Virus record (IMG/VR): IMGVR_UViG_3300037634_005834 | Coordinates: 1-36,105 of that record | Direction: 5' to 3' (one strand) | DNA length: 36,105 nt | DNA from: a virus | Taxonomy: Duplodnaviria; Caudoviricetes | Part shown: in pieces, positions 1-8,221 of the stretch | Layout: each line of letters begins with the position of its first letter | Position numbering within the stretch: position 1 is the stretch's first letter | Made by a program: the position numbers and the translations under genes | The notes under the pieces: model-generated | What the model was told of the DNA's origin: nothing | Databases searched by the model: none | The model's input: only the letters and a program-made list of their open reading frames with translations

Positions 1-2
1 GA

Positions 3-344
3 GGTGGCGCCAATATACTCTGGCTCAATTTCAAAAAGTTCGTAAACAAGCCAAGACACGATCCCATTAAATCTCGTAAGCGTGGATAAGGTTTTCGCTG
101 ATGACTTACCTCGCATGAACATGTGTAGAGATTGTTCTATATAAATGTGTTCAATGGTATCGCCCAATGAATCTAGCACAAACTCTTCAAAAATGTCAAG
201 TATCTTTTCTTTTATCTCGATTGTTTTTTTGAATATGCTTTTATGCTTTCGAAGGTCAATTGAATCAGAATAGACAAGTTCCCCGTCTTTATCGAGAACT
301 GCGAAACCAGTTATGCTGGTGGATATGTCAATTCCGAGAACCAT
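3..344 (-). CDS. RuvC-like Holliday junction resolvase (5' part; runs off the window edge; absent from the ORF track)
   Basis: Manual translation from ATG at 344: MVLGIDISTSITGFAVLDKDGELV...HIYIEQSLHMFMRGKSSAKTLSTLTRFNGIVSWLVYELFEIEPEYIGAT. It shows the RNase H-fold GID...TG motif (first catalytic Asp) and YIEQ (catalytic Glu). The frame is open to the window edge. Confidence 0.85.
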   Translation of the reverse strand, partial: MVLGIDISTSITGFAVLDKDGELVYSDSIDLRKHKSIFKKTIEIKEKILDIFEEFVLDSLGDTIEHIYIEQSLHMFMRGKSSAKTLSTLTRFNGIVSWLVYELFEIEPEYIGAT

Positions 345-349
345 GGTTC

Positions 350-358
350 ATTATATCA
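350..358 (-). promoter_or_regulatory. Putative extended -10 promoter (TGnTATAAT) directly upstream of the RuvC-like gene
   Basis: Minus strand reads TGATATAAT-gaacc-ATG, a perfect extended -10 consensus whose TGA is also the stop codon of the upstream gene. No Shine-Dalgarno sequence precedes the ATG. Confidence 0.5.
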
Positions 359-1609
359 TATGTCTAAACGAATTTTAAAGGCTAAATCTTCATCTTCTTT
401 TTTAAGAACAGGATTTGAGAGGGTGGCAATTCCAAGTAGATTTCCACTATCATCATAAATTGCCACTCTAGAAATATAAACTTGTCGCTGGAACGAGGCA
501 CTATAATCTGTGTAGCTTGAACTGACTGTATTTACAATTGTTCGGGTACCATCTTCCTCGTAAACCTGCGAGGAGGTCAGACGAAGCTTGGGCTGACCAA
601 AATTCAGAAAAGTTGGATTACTTGAATAATTTGCTTCGCCGCGGCCGGCATGTGCAAACATTGTCATAACTTGTGTTTCGGTTGTTCCTTTGAAAGAAAG
701 ATTAAAAGACGCCGAAGCAAACGAGGCGCTAGCTACAGTCGTCTGATTTACGTCATCATTGGCGCCGGCACCAAAATAAAGCCACTGTGGCTTTACGGGA
801 TACTGTGGGGCGGAAGTGCTCGATGAAACGAGTCCCATGCGCTGTTCGTTGAGATTCCACGATCCAGTTAGTAAAACAAATCCTTCATCGTATAAAACAA
901 CGCCGGCAACGGAGCCGGCGCTGCTTCCAGAAACCTCTATTAATTCACCATTTTGTTTTGTGTCTCGCAATTCTCCGATTACAGAACCAGTAAGGTACCA
1001 TTTAAGAGATACTGTGCCGGGCTTTATCTGGGAGCCATAAAATATAGTCGGGATCGAAATTAAATTAACAGGTTGGAGGCTTTTGTCTCCATACGAAGAA
1101 GACACTTTGTAATGTTGACTCCTGAGTCCATAAAAATTTAATCTATTTTTAAGAGCGTAAAAGTGCGGATATTTGGGACTTGAATAAAATACCGATCTCC
1201 CTGAACAATTGGCGTCTGCCGTTGTTCGCGTTATCATGGTACCGGCAGCACCACTCATAAATTCTCGGGTGATTGAAGCCGACATGGGATAGCTGCTGGT
1301 TATTGCGTCCCCATATGAATACACATTATCAAACTGTGAACGTGTTACACCCCTAAAAGCCACCCTGCTACTATTTTTATAGATAAAAGGATAAATAAAA
1401 TTGTTTGAGCCGCTCAGTTTATCTATATTATATTCATATAAACTAACATGTCCCGCGGGAACATTTAATACTTGACTGCTAAATGCGCCGGAACGTGCGG
1501 GGACATTGTTATAATAAATCTTTGAATCATAAATGAAAAACTCACAACTCGGGTGAGCTTTCAGTGTATTTGTGATAATATCATTAGGTCCGAATTTTCT
1601 TAAAGACAT
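356..1609 (-). CDS. Virion structural protein (baseplate/tail-fibre attachment-like C-terminus); paralog of 1631..2716
   Basis: 417 aa. The C-terminus YISRVAIYDDSGNLLGIATLSNPVLKKEDEDLAFKIRLDI resembles the I..IGLYD..G.LLA.A motif of tail-fibre attachment domains (P2 gpH/DUF3751-like). It shares KxGTVS, GVVxY.xG and NYSSNPT blocks with the neighbouring gene. Confidence 0.65.
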   Translation of the reverse strand: MSLRKFGPNDIITNTLKAHPSCEFFIYDSKIYYNNVPARSGAFSSQVLNVPAGHVSLYEYNIDKLSGSNNFIYPFIYKNSSRVAFRGVTRSQFDNVYSYGDAITSSYPMSASITREFMSGAAGTMITRTTADANCSGRSVFYSSPKYPHFYALKNRLNFYGLRSQHYKVSSSYGDKSLQPVNLISIPTIFYGSQIKPGTVSLKWYLTGSVIGELRDTKQNGELIEVSGSSAGSVAGVVLYDEGFVLLTGSWNLNEQRMGLVSSSTSAPQYPVKPQWLYFGAGANDDVNQTTVASASFASASFNLSFKGTTETQVMTMFAHAGRGEANYSSNPTFLNFGQPKLRLTSSQVYEEDGTRTIVNTVSSSYTDYSASFQRQVYISRVAIYDDSGNLLGIATLSNPVLKKEDEDLAFKIRLDI

Positions 1610-1630
1610 ATCATTTACATTTAGGGATGA

Positions 1631-2716
1631 TTAGTAATCCAGCCGTACTCTAAGAACTATCTCATTGCTAGGATCTTTTTTCAGTGGCTCTGAAAGTTTC
1701 GCACTGGCCAAAAGCTGATTGTTGGCATTATAGAGCCCAATTGTCGTGATATACGTTACGGGAGTATCGGCGGCAATGTTTTTGACTCTAATCTGGCTCG
1801 CGGAAAGATAGGTCGGGTTAGAGCTATAGTTGTACTTATTGTGGGGAACCCTGCAAAAATAAATGGTTGAATTAATTTCCGTTGTGTTATTAAAGGAAAT
1901 ATTTTTAACTCTGTGCCTTAAGGCATTACAACTACCACTAATTGACGCGCTAACAAGTGATTCCGCAGGCGTATACCGGCTCGGGTAAGCTCCAGCCATT
2001 CCATCGGCGCCGGTACCACTATTGAAATCCTCAGTGTCATTAACGAACGCTGACGAAGTAATAACAGCAATCCCGGCCTGGTAAAATACAACTCCCTTAA
2101 CACTATCGTCTTTAAGAGTTGAATCGTAAAGCAATCCATAATCGCCGCCTAGAGTATTAGATGTGCCGCCGGTGGAAGACGCACTGGCATCTGTTAAGAG
2201 CTTGGGTTTCGAAAACGGACTTGCCCAGGAGCCAGTGCCAAGTGTAATGCTTACGGTGCCCTTCTTAACTTCATCCTTATAAAGTAAACGGGAAAAATTC
2301 ACAAAAAAGGCCGATTTCATTTTACCGGCTCCGTCAAGGGTCAGGTCCGATTCAAAATTCCTAACGACATTAGTAGAGCCAGTATAGCCAAGCAACACTT
2401 GCGCAAACTGAGTATACATATTTTGTTTTTTTGATTGCTGTACATTGCTGGCAGCCGGCAAACTAGCGGCCAAGGCTGAAGCAGTTGTATATCCAACCGT
2501 TAAATCAAAAATATGATTTGCGGATGAACTCAAATAGGGATAATCATACACAGACTGAAACATTCCGTGTGTGTAGTTTTTGACGTTAGTGTCATCGGGC
2601 CACGTCCCATAAGTACCACTTACAATGGTTCCCGTTAAAGGTATTGATTCATGCAATAATGTTTTTGTAGTGGTTACGTCTGTTGCCCCCAGGGGCTCAT
2701 AATTTACGACTGCCAT
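1631..2716 (-). CDS. Virion structural protein (baseplate/tail-fibre attachment-like C-terminus); paralog of 356..1609
   Basis: 361 aa. C-terminus YITTIGLYNANNQLLASAKLSEPLKKDPSNEIVLRVRLDY; internal blocks VKKGTVSI, GVVFYQAG and NYSSNPTY. GGAG lies upstream of the ATG. Confidence 0.65.
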   Translation of the reverse strand: MAVVNYEPLGATDVTTTKTLLHESIPLTGTIVSGTYGTWPDDTNVKNYTHGMFQSVYDYPYLSSSANHIFDLTVGYTTASALAASLPAASNVQQSKKQNMYTQFAQVLLGYTGSTNVVRNFESDLTLDGAGKMKSAFFVNFSRLLYKDEVKKGTVSITLGTGSWASPFSKPKLLTDASASSTGGTSNTLGGDYGLLYDSTLKDDSVKGVVFYQAGIAVITSSAFVNDTEDFNSGTGADGMAGAYPSRYTPAESLVSASISGSCNALRHRVKNISFNNTTEINSTIYFCRVPHNKYNYSSNPTYLSASQIRVKNIAADTPVTYITTIGLYNANNQLLASAKLSEPLKKDPSNEIVLRVRLDY

Positions 2717-2728
2717 TTAATAATCTCC

Positions 2729-2751
2729 AATTAGTTTTATTTTCATTTTTA
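2729..2751 (-). promoter_or_regulatory. Shared intergenic motif (TAAAAATGAAAATAAAACTAATT), candidate late promoter
   Basis: Similar to the motifs at 3777-3794 and 12119-12135; sits right after a stop codon and before the ribosome-binding site. Confidence 0.35.
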
Positions 2752-3756
2752 TTATCCAGACTTATATTTGATAATTCTTATCGGTACCTGAACTTGGACT
2801 CCAGTTTTGGCGCCCTGAACATAAAGTATCGTATCCAAAAAGTCATACAGCTTCGAACCGGAAGTCCCGCCGGGGAGTTGAGTATTAGCGGAGCCATATT
2901 TTGAATATTCAGCAGATAAATTCGGATTGATTGTCACATTCAACATTGTGTAAAATGATCGGGGACCAGAAATTACCGAAACAGTACTGTCAGCTTGGCT
3001 ATAATTTGGATCATACACAACGCCATTCTGGGGCGCCCGGATTCGGGCGGCACTATAATTTTCAAGCTGGAGGTCTGCGCTTATACTTGCGCCTGGCATC
3101 ATCGCCACAGAAAGCTCCATGCTCCCATCACCAGCCGCGGTGTTATTAAATTTGGCGGATGGCGTTGGGCCCATAACTGACGAAATGAATCTATTATCAT
3201 AATACACATATACAAAATTATCAACCAAATTGTTATTAACCAAATATGTTGTTCTATTAGCGGGGGTTCCTACAATTGCCGTGGTGTTCAAGCCGGCCTC
3301 TATTAATATGGCCGGGCCAGATTCGCGGCCACTGACGGTGTACTCCGTAACACCAACCCCATCACTTTCCAATTCTGTGGTGGTGCTATTAACGGAATCA
3401 GCAATCAAATAAAGACCCGGCAAACTTGTTGTTGGAACCACGGTGCTGGCAAATCCTTTTTTGTTTATCTCCATAACGGGCAAATAAAGTATATTTGTGG
3501 CGGTGGCCGTTAATAGTCCATAATTGATGCCGGCGTTTTCTTGTGTAAAGGCTTCCATGATCGGTGTTTGCAAAATTGATAAATCGTAATAAGCCGAACC
3601 CGATGCATTATTTTTATCATATAAAGAATAATCAATTTCATCATCGCCAATGGCAAATTTTGTAATGCGAAAATTACCTCTAGCCATCTTTTGGCGTCCC
3701 AAATCTGTCAACACGGCGTCCAAAATAATGTCGCCTGAATTATCTAAAAATCCCAT
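2752..3756 (-). CDS. Virion structural protein with tail-fibre-attachment-like N-terminus
   Basis: 334 aa. The N-terminus DAVLTDLGRQKMARGNFRITKFAIGDDEIDY matches the LTxxGR...ITK.A.GD start of tail-fibre N-terminal domains. SD GAGAGG lies upstream. Confidence 0.65.
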   Translation of the reverse strand: MGFLDNSGDIILDAVLTDLGRQKMARGNFRITKFAIGDDEIDYSLYDKNNASGSAYYDLSILQTPIMEAFTQENAGINYGLLTATATNILYLPVMEINKKGFASTVVPTTSLPGLYLIADSVNSTTTELESDGVGVTEYTVSGRESGPAILIEAGLNTTAIVGTPANRTTYLVNNNLVDNFVYVYYDNRFISSVMGPTPSAKFNNTAAGDGSMELSVAMMPGASISADLQLENYSAARIRAPQNGVVYDPNYSQADSTVSVISGPRSFYTMLNVTINPNLSAEYSKYGSANTQLPGGTSGSKLYDFLDTILYVQGAKTGVQVQVPIRIIKYKSG

Positions 3757-3776
3757 TTATCTTCCTCTCTTTACGT

Positions 3777-3794
3777 AAATAGTTATCATTTTTA
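3777..3794 (-). promoter_or_regulatory. Shared intergenic motif (TAAAAATGATAACTATTT), candidate late promoter
   Basis: Near-identical to TAAAATGAAAACTATTA at 12119-12135; the core CTATTTA lies upstream of the SD. Confidence 0.45.
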
Positions 3795-6431
3795 TTAACC
3801 GCTTCCCAATTTATAAGTAATATTCAAATCTATTATCCTATCAGTTTTCTTTGATGTTAAGCGAATCTTAAATTTCTTATCCCAAATTAAATCATCAGCC
3901 AGGCCAATTTGCAAATTTCCTATTTGAGTATGGGCTTCTTGTGTAAGATCTACCGAATCCGTATCAAAGGTCAATTGGCTCAAATTTGGCTGAAGTTGCA
4001 TTATCTTTTTTAACGGCACAGACACGTTTGCTAACGTGGATGGCATCAAATCTTCCTCGTAAATTACATTAAATATAGCATATAGATAACCGCCATCACT
4101 AACTAGTTGCGCTTCATAAATTTCAGATGTGTGACCAATCATGCGATGTTCGTTCAATATTCTAAATAAATAATAATAATTGGTGTTTCTTCTTACCTGA
4201 TCATCAAAAAAGTCAACCGTATAGGTCTCCTCCGAATCCGGCATTCTTAAATCAAGCGTTGTGATTAGGTTGGTATCAAAATCCGAATAAGCCGTTGGTC
4301 TCTCGTTCATTCTATAAACTTCTATATATCGAGGTCGGCCTATAGATTCGAAGGGAACATCTTCATTGGTCAGAAGACCGCGGGCGTTCAGATAGTCTTG
4401 TTTTAATTTGTCATCTGCGCTTGTTATTGTTTTTGGAAACCCTTTGGGGATAAAAGTATCATATGTCAATTCAAAGCCAATTCGCTGCGATGCGTCCATA
4501 TATTGATATGGATACACGTTTGTCCCATTAGCGGGATTATCCACAACTTTCAAAGTCTTAGAATGCACCGGTACCTCATAAATAAACACGCAAGGTTCAT
4601 AATTTAAATAAAAATCAGCAAGATAGGGATATTCTGTGCTCTCCTGAATTAGCGTGCCTAAAGAATTGAGAGTGGGAAAGCTTACGTCAGCTTCGACATT
4701 AAACAACTGTTCTACTTTTTCGTCAGTGGTGGGATCATAAAATTCTAGTCCATAAATAAGGCCGCGGCTCGGATCTTCGATAGTATTATCGTTGCTTATC
4801 TCTTTTGTCACCCTCAAATCAGAAAACTTGTATCGGGCCCCTACCACAACCACATATTTATATACATGATAAGTATAATCGCTATTATATTTTACTTGAG
4901 TGTCAATAAAATTAAATTCTTCCAGGTCCTTTGAGTTTATGAACCAATAATTCTGAAGTGTGTCTTGGGTGTGGGCATCTCCCGTTGGGGCGCCCCCTAC
5001 TTTTTGTACTCTGTATGCTATTGTTTCATTATAGCACGAATGAGCGCCTTGGTAAAGAAAATCTTCCAAACTATTAATATCAAAATTAGAACTTTTATTT
5101 AAATAATCAATAATATTGTTCATGGTGTTAACTGTACTCACCGAATTCATATATCGATAAGCACCGTTGGCGTCGGCCGCGGCATTTCTATAAATGTCTC
5201 TATCTCCCACAAAATAACAGTTGTCGGTTGTAGAAATAAAATTATTATAATCGCGTGCTATCATTTCTATAAAATCAACATATCTATAGGTTTTATTTTC
5301 TGTGGTTTCCATATCATAGCTAACAAAATTATCCTCTGAACTGGAGAGATAACTCAAATTGGAGGCATACGTAGCCTCAGATGGCGGCAAACCACCAAGC
5401 TCATTATTGAAGACTTCCTTTAAAGTTTTAAGAAATCGTGTGGTGTATTCGTTATCTGTTATGTAATCTACAAAGGGGGCATCTGCGTAGGTTCCCGTCC
5501 AGCCAACAGATGTAGATTTATCGAGTGAAAAATTGATTTTAGTGTAAAGCGGAAAACTCTCAGCATACTTTAATATTTGATCATCAGTGTAAAGCTTTGT
5601 GGTGGATTTTTCATCTAAAATAATATTTTGTAATTTATTTTTAATCGCATCTTGTGTGGTGGCAGATAGTGGATTCTGAACAAATGTCGTTGGCAAATAT
5701 TCTGTTGTCAAAAAGGTAGAATTTTCGGCGGGAGAGGACTCATAAGGTTTGGCGGTCGAATTTAACACAGTGTTGATATCGGGGTATTTCCCATCCAAAG
5801 TAGCAAAATTAATAATATCTGAATCATAGTTTTCGGAATTAACGTCGTCCATCTCTTCAATTGACTGTAAGTCACTTATTATATAAAAATTGGGGATTAA
5901 TAATTCTGAGCTTAGGTTTTTAATATATTCCTCATATTCGGGCAAATATTTATTATAACCATATGATATTTGAATTTGATCCGATATTGAATTTCCTTCG
6001 ATGGCAGATGCGGATCTAATCGTGTAAGGCAAGGAAGTTTCGAAATAATGATATCCATAAATGTTTTCATTATAAACTGAATTTACTTTGTTTTCGCCAA
6101 ATTGTCCCCCCACAAATAAGGCTTTCCACAATTTGTCGTCGCTCACCATCTCCCCGTTACCATATACGCGCACCGGAAATCGCTTATTTGTAATAATCAT
6201 GTCTTCACACGCAGTTTCTTTTAGCGCGCTATTTGTTTCTATTTTTGAAAAATATGGAAAAAGAGGCTTAGTGTTGTCATAGGTTTGAAAAGAAATGCTG
6301 CTTCCTGCGGCGCCTTCTTCGTTTATTTTCCAATAACCCCCCACAGCGGTTCTAAAAATATCGCTCGATCCGCTGAATAAATTCAGATCGATCAATTTGT
6401 GAACTTTGGTATCGGATGGATCAAAAGCCAT
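3795..6431 (-). CDS. Large acidic putative virion protein with Fn3/Ig-like segments in the C-terminal half
   Basis: 878 aa. Two Fn3-like patterns: AYRVQK...FNFIDTQVKYNSDYTYHVY and YIEVYRM...FFDDQVRRNTNYYYLFR. TAATG overlap with the upstream gene at 6431. Confidence 0.55.
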   Translation of the reverse strand: MAFDPSDTKVHKLIDLNLFSGSSDIFRTAVGGYWKINEEGAAGSSISFQTYDNTKPLFPYFSKIETNSALKETACEDMIITNKRFPVRVYGNGEMVSDDKLWKALFVGGQFGENKVNSVYNENIYGYHYFETSLPYTIRSASAIEGNSISDQIQISYGYNKYLPEYEEYIKNLSSELLIPNFYIISDLQSIEEMDDVNSENYDSDIINFATLDGKYPDINTVLNSTAKPYESSPAENSTFLTTEYLPTTFVQNPLSATTQDAIKNKLQNIILDEKSTTKLYTDDQILKYAESFPLYTKINFSLDKSTSVGWTGTYADAPFVDYITDNEYTTRFLKTLKEVFNNELGGLPPSEATYASNLSYLSSSEDNFVSYDMETTENKTYRYVDFIEMIARDYNNFISTTDNCYFVGDRDIYRNAAADANGAYRYMNSVSTVNTMNNIIDYLNKSSNFDINSLEDFLYQGAHSCYNETIAYRVQKVGGAPTGDAHTQDTLQNYWFINSKDLEEFNFIDTQVKYNSDYTYHVYKYVVVVGARYKFSDLRVTKEISNDNTIEDPSRGLIYGLEFYDPTTDEKVEQLFNVEADVSFPTLNSLGTLIQESTEYPYLADFYLNYEPCVFIYEVPVHSKTLKVVDNPANGTNVYPYQYMDASQRIGFELTYDTFIPKGFPKTITSADDKLKQDYLNARGLLTNEDVPFESIGRPRYIEVYRMNERPTAYSDFDTNLITTLDLRMPDSEETYTVDFFDDQVRRNTNYYYLFRILNEHRMIGHTSEIYEAQLVSDGGYLYAIFNVIYEEDLMPSTLANVSVPLKKIMQLQPNLSQLTFDTDSVDLTQEAHTQIGNLQIGLADDLIWDKKFKIRLTSKKTDRIIDLNITYKLGSG

Positions 6432-7513
6432 TAGTAACTACTCCCCCCTGCTGGGCCGGTTGTCATTGGACTTATTCTGGCTACCGACGTTGTTGATACC
6501 TCTATATTTTCGGGGACAGTACTCGATCCACCCAACAAGGAAAGATTTTCTCTCTTAAATCTTGTATTTGAGTCAATTTTTTTAAAAGTATATTTGCTGG
6601 GTGCCCTTATACCTTTGATAGCTGCATCCACAATTCCATCAATGGCCACTACCATTGCGCGGGTCGAATTCCCCTCAAACCTTTGATATTTTCTCTTAAG
6701 AGCGGCACTTTCCCCGGCCCGATCACCGCGGTCGCCATAGCTTATCCGAAAAGTTGGAACTTCTCTTCCGGGAAGGCGCGTGAGAGTCGGGGGCTTCTGA
6801 AACTGGCCAGTATTCAAATCACCATATATATTAAAGCTTTTGTAGTTATCAGCAGGAGGCAGATAAATATTATTTTTTATAATCGCCACCGAGCCCGTAA
6901 CCTCTCCTTTTTTTATGGCTATATATTGATTCCTGACGCCATGTGCCCATTCTGGAACAGTCTCCAAATTGTTCCACTTTAATCTAAATGTATCTTGTTT
7001 TATTAGTCCGGTTTCTGTATCGAGTTGTATAGAATCGCTCATCGATGCTATAAACATCATAGAGTGCGGCTCATTTAAATAAGCTTGTCTCGCTTGAACT
7101 TCGGCTATCTTTTCTTTTTGTTCACTAGTTAGTGACCGATATGCTTCAGTAGCTGCTTCAACCTCGTCGCCGGCACACTTCATCATGTTGGCTAAAAGAG
7201 TTCCTCCTTCCTCTTTGGTGCGGTCCTTCCTTTTAATGGTGCTAAGGCGATACCACCGCTCTCCCTTGTCCGGATCAGTAATAACAAACCAATCGTCTTT
7301 CTCCTTTCCATAATGATAATTATCAAGTTCGATTCGCACACCACTTACGGGGTGATGAGTCTCCTCTGAGCCATCTGCGAGTCTCCAATAGAGGGTACTC
7401 TCGTCCTCGCACAAAACATAATCATATGAATTTAAATTTCTAGCTCCCGAGTTACTCTCTGTTCCTTCGCCGCTAGTGGCGAGGAGGGCGATGGCGGCGG
7501 CGCCTAACAACAT
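6431..7513 (-). CDS. Hypothetical protein (360 aa) with a hydrophobic N-terminus
   Basis: Long ORF with a strong SD (AGGAG) and TAATG coupling to the downstream gene. No family recognised. Confidence 0.6.
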   Translation of the reverse strand: MLLGAAAIALLATSGEGTESNSGARNLNSYDYVLCEDESTLYWRLADGSEETHHPVSGVRIELDNYHYGKEKDDWFVITDPDKGERWYRLSTIKRKDRTKEEGGTLLANMMKCAGDEVEAATEAYRSLTSEQKEKIAEVQARQAYLNEPHSMMFIASMSDSIQLDTETGLIKQDTFRLKWNNLETVPEWAHGVRNQYIAIKKGEVTGSVAIIKNNIYLPPADNYKSFNIYGDLNTGQFQKPPTLTRLPGREVPTFRISYGDRGDRAGESAALKRKYQRFEGNSTRAMVVAIDGIVDAAIKGIRAPSKYTFKKIDSNTRFKRENLSLLGGSSTVPENIEVSTTSVARISPMTTGPAGGSSY

Positions 7514-7534
7514 AGTTTTCTTCTCCTATTCCTT

Positions 7535-7543
7535 AATAAATAT
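7535..7543 (-). promoter_or_regulatory. ATATTTATT candidate late-promoter core
   Basis: Same ATATTTAT core as at 25101-25109, at a similar distance upstream of the SD and ATG. Confidence 0.4.
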
Positions 7544-8181
7544 CACGTAAAGTATTTTAGTGCGGGCTGGTTCTTTCTTAAGTTTGCTTGTGCTAAATCA
7601 GAAGCTAACCTGATTATTGTTTTTCTTTTCTGTTTTTTTAACATTTTTTGTTTGAGTAGTTTATCTTTTTCAGGAGGGGCGTCATCAAATTCGTAAATAG
7701 CATCATTGTCGTTGGGAAATGCGGACTCAGCCGTCGTTTGACTATTTTGTAATTTCTCTAAATATGGATCCGCTATATTGGGATTTTGATAAGGTGAAAG
7801 ATCGACGTAATCCGGATCATTTTGATAAGGTGAAAGATCGACGTAATCCGGATCGGACTCATCGGGACGGTGTTTGAGTTCTGTCCCAACGAAAGCCCCT
7901 CTCGTGTGTAAAAAAGAAAAATCTTCCTTTTTTTTTATTATTGTACAATTAATGGAATTCAAAAATGCTTTTGCGGCGGCTATGGTAGAAGGACTATCTG
8001 TATTGCGAGGACTTATTCGGCTTCTGGCCAAAATGTTATTTGCATCCACTATACTAAGCCTTTCTGGTTGGCGCGTAGATATAACCTGATTGTCGACAAT
8101 TTGAATTTCTACATCTTTTTTAAATACCTCTTTCGTTTTCTGAATGTTTTCTATGTCGTTTAAAGTAAAACTTGTTTTCAT
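7543..8181 (-). CDS. Hypothetical protein (212 aa) with an internal 12-aa duplication and Lys-rich C-terminus
   Basis: The ORF fills the gap between its neighbours, has SD AAGGA, and contains DPDYVDLSPYQN twice. Confidence 0.6.
   Translation of the reverse strand: MKTSFTLNDIENIQKTKEVFKKDVEIQIVDNQVISTRQPERLSIVDANNILARSRISPRNTDSPSTIAAAKAFLNSINCTIIKKKEDFSFLHTRGAFVGTELKHRPDESDPDYVDLSPYQNDPDYVDLSPYQNPNIADPYLEKLQNSQTTAESAFPNDNDAIYEFDDAPPEKDKLLKQKMLKKQKRKTIIRLASDLAQANLRKNQPALKYFT
7783..7854. repeat. Perfect 36-bp tandem duplication (2 copies)
   Basis: attttgataaggtgaaagatcgacgtaatccggatc occurs at 7783-7818 and 7819-7854; the duplication is in frame. Confidence 0.97.
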
Positions 8182-8221
8182 TTTTTTATTTTCCTTCGAT
8201 ATCTATATATCATCAATCTAG

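Noticed and set aside
7783-7854. 36-bp repeat as a CRISPR array
   Set aside because: There are only two abutting copies with no spacer, in frame within a CDS, and no cas genes.
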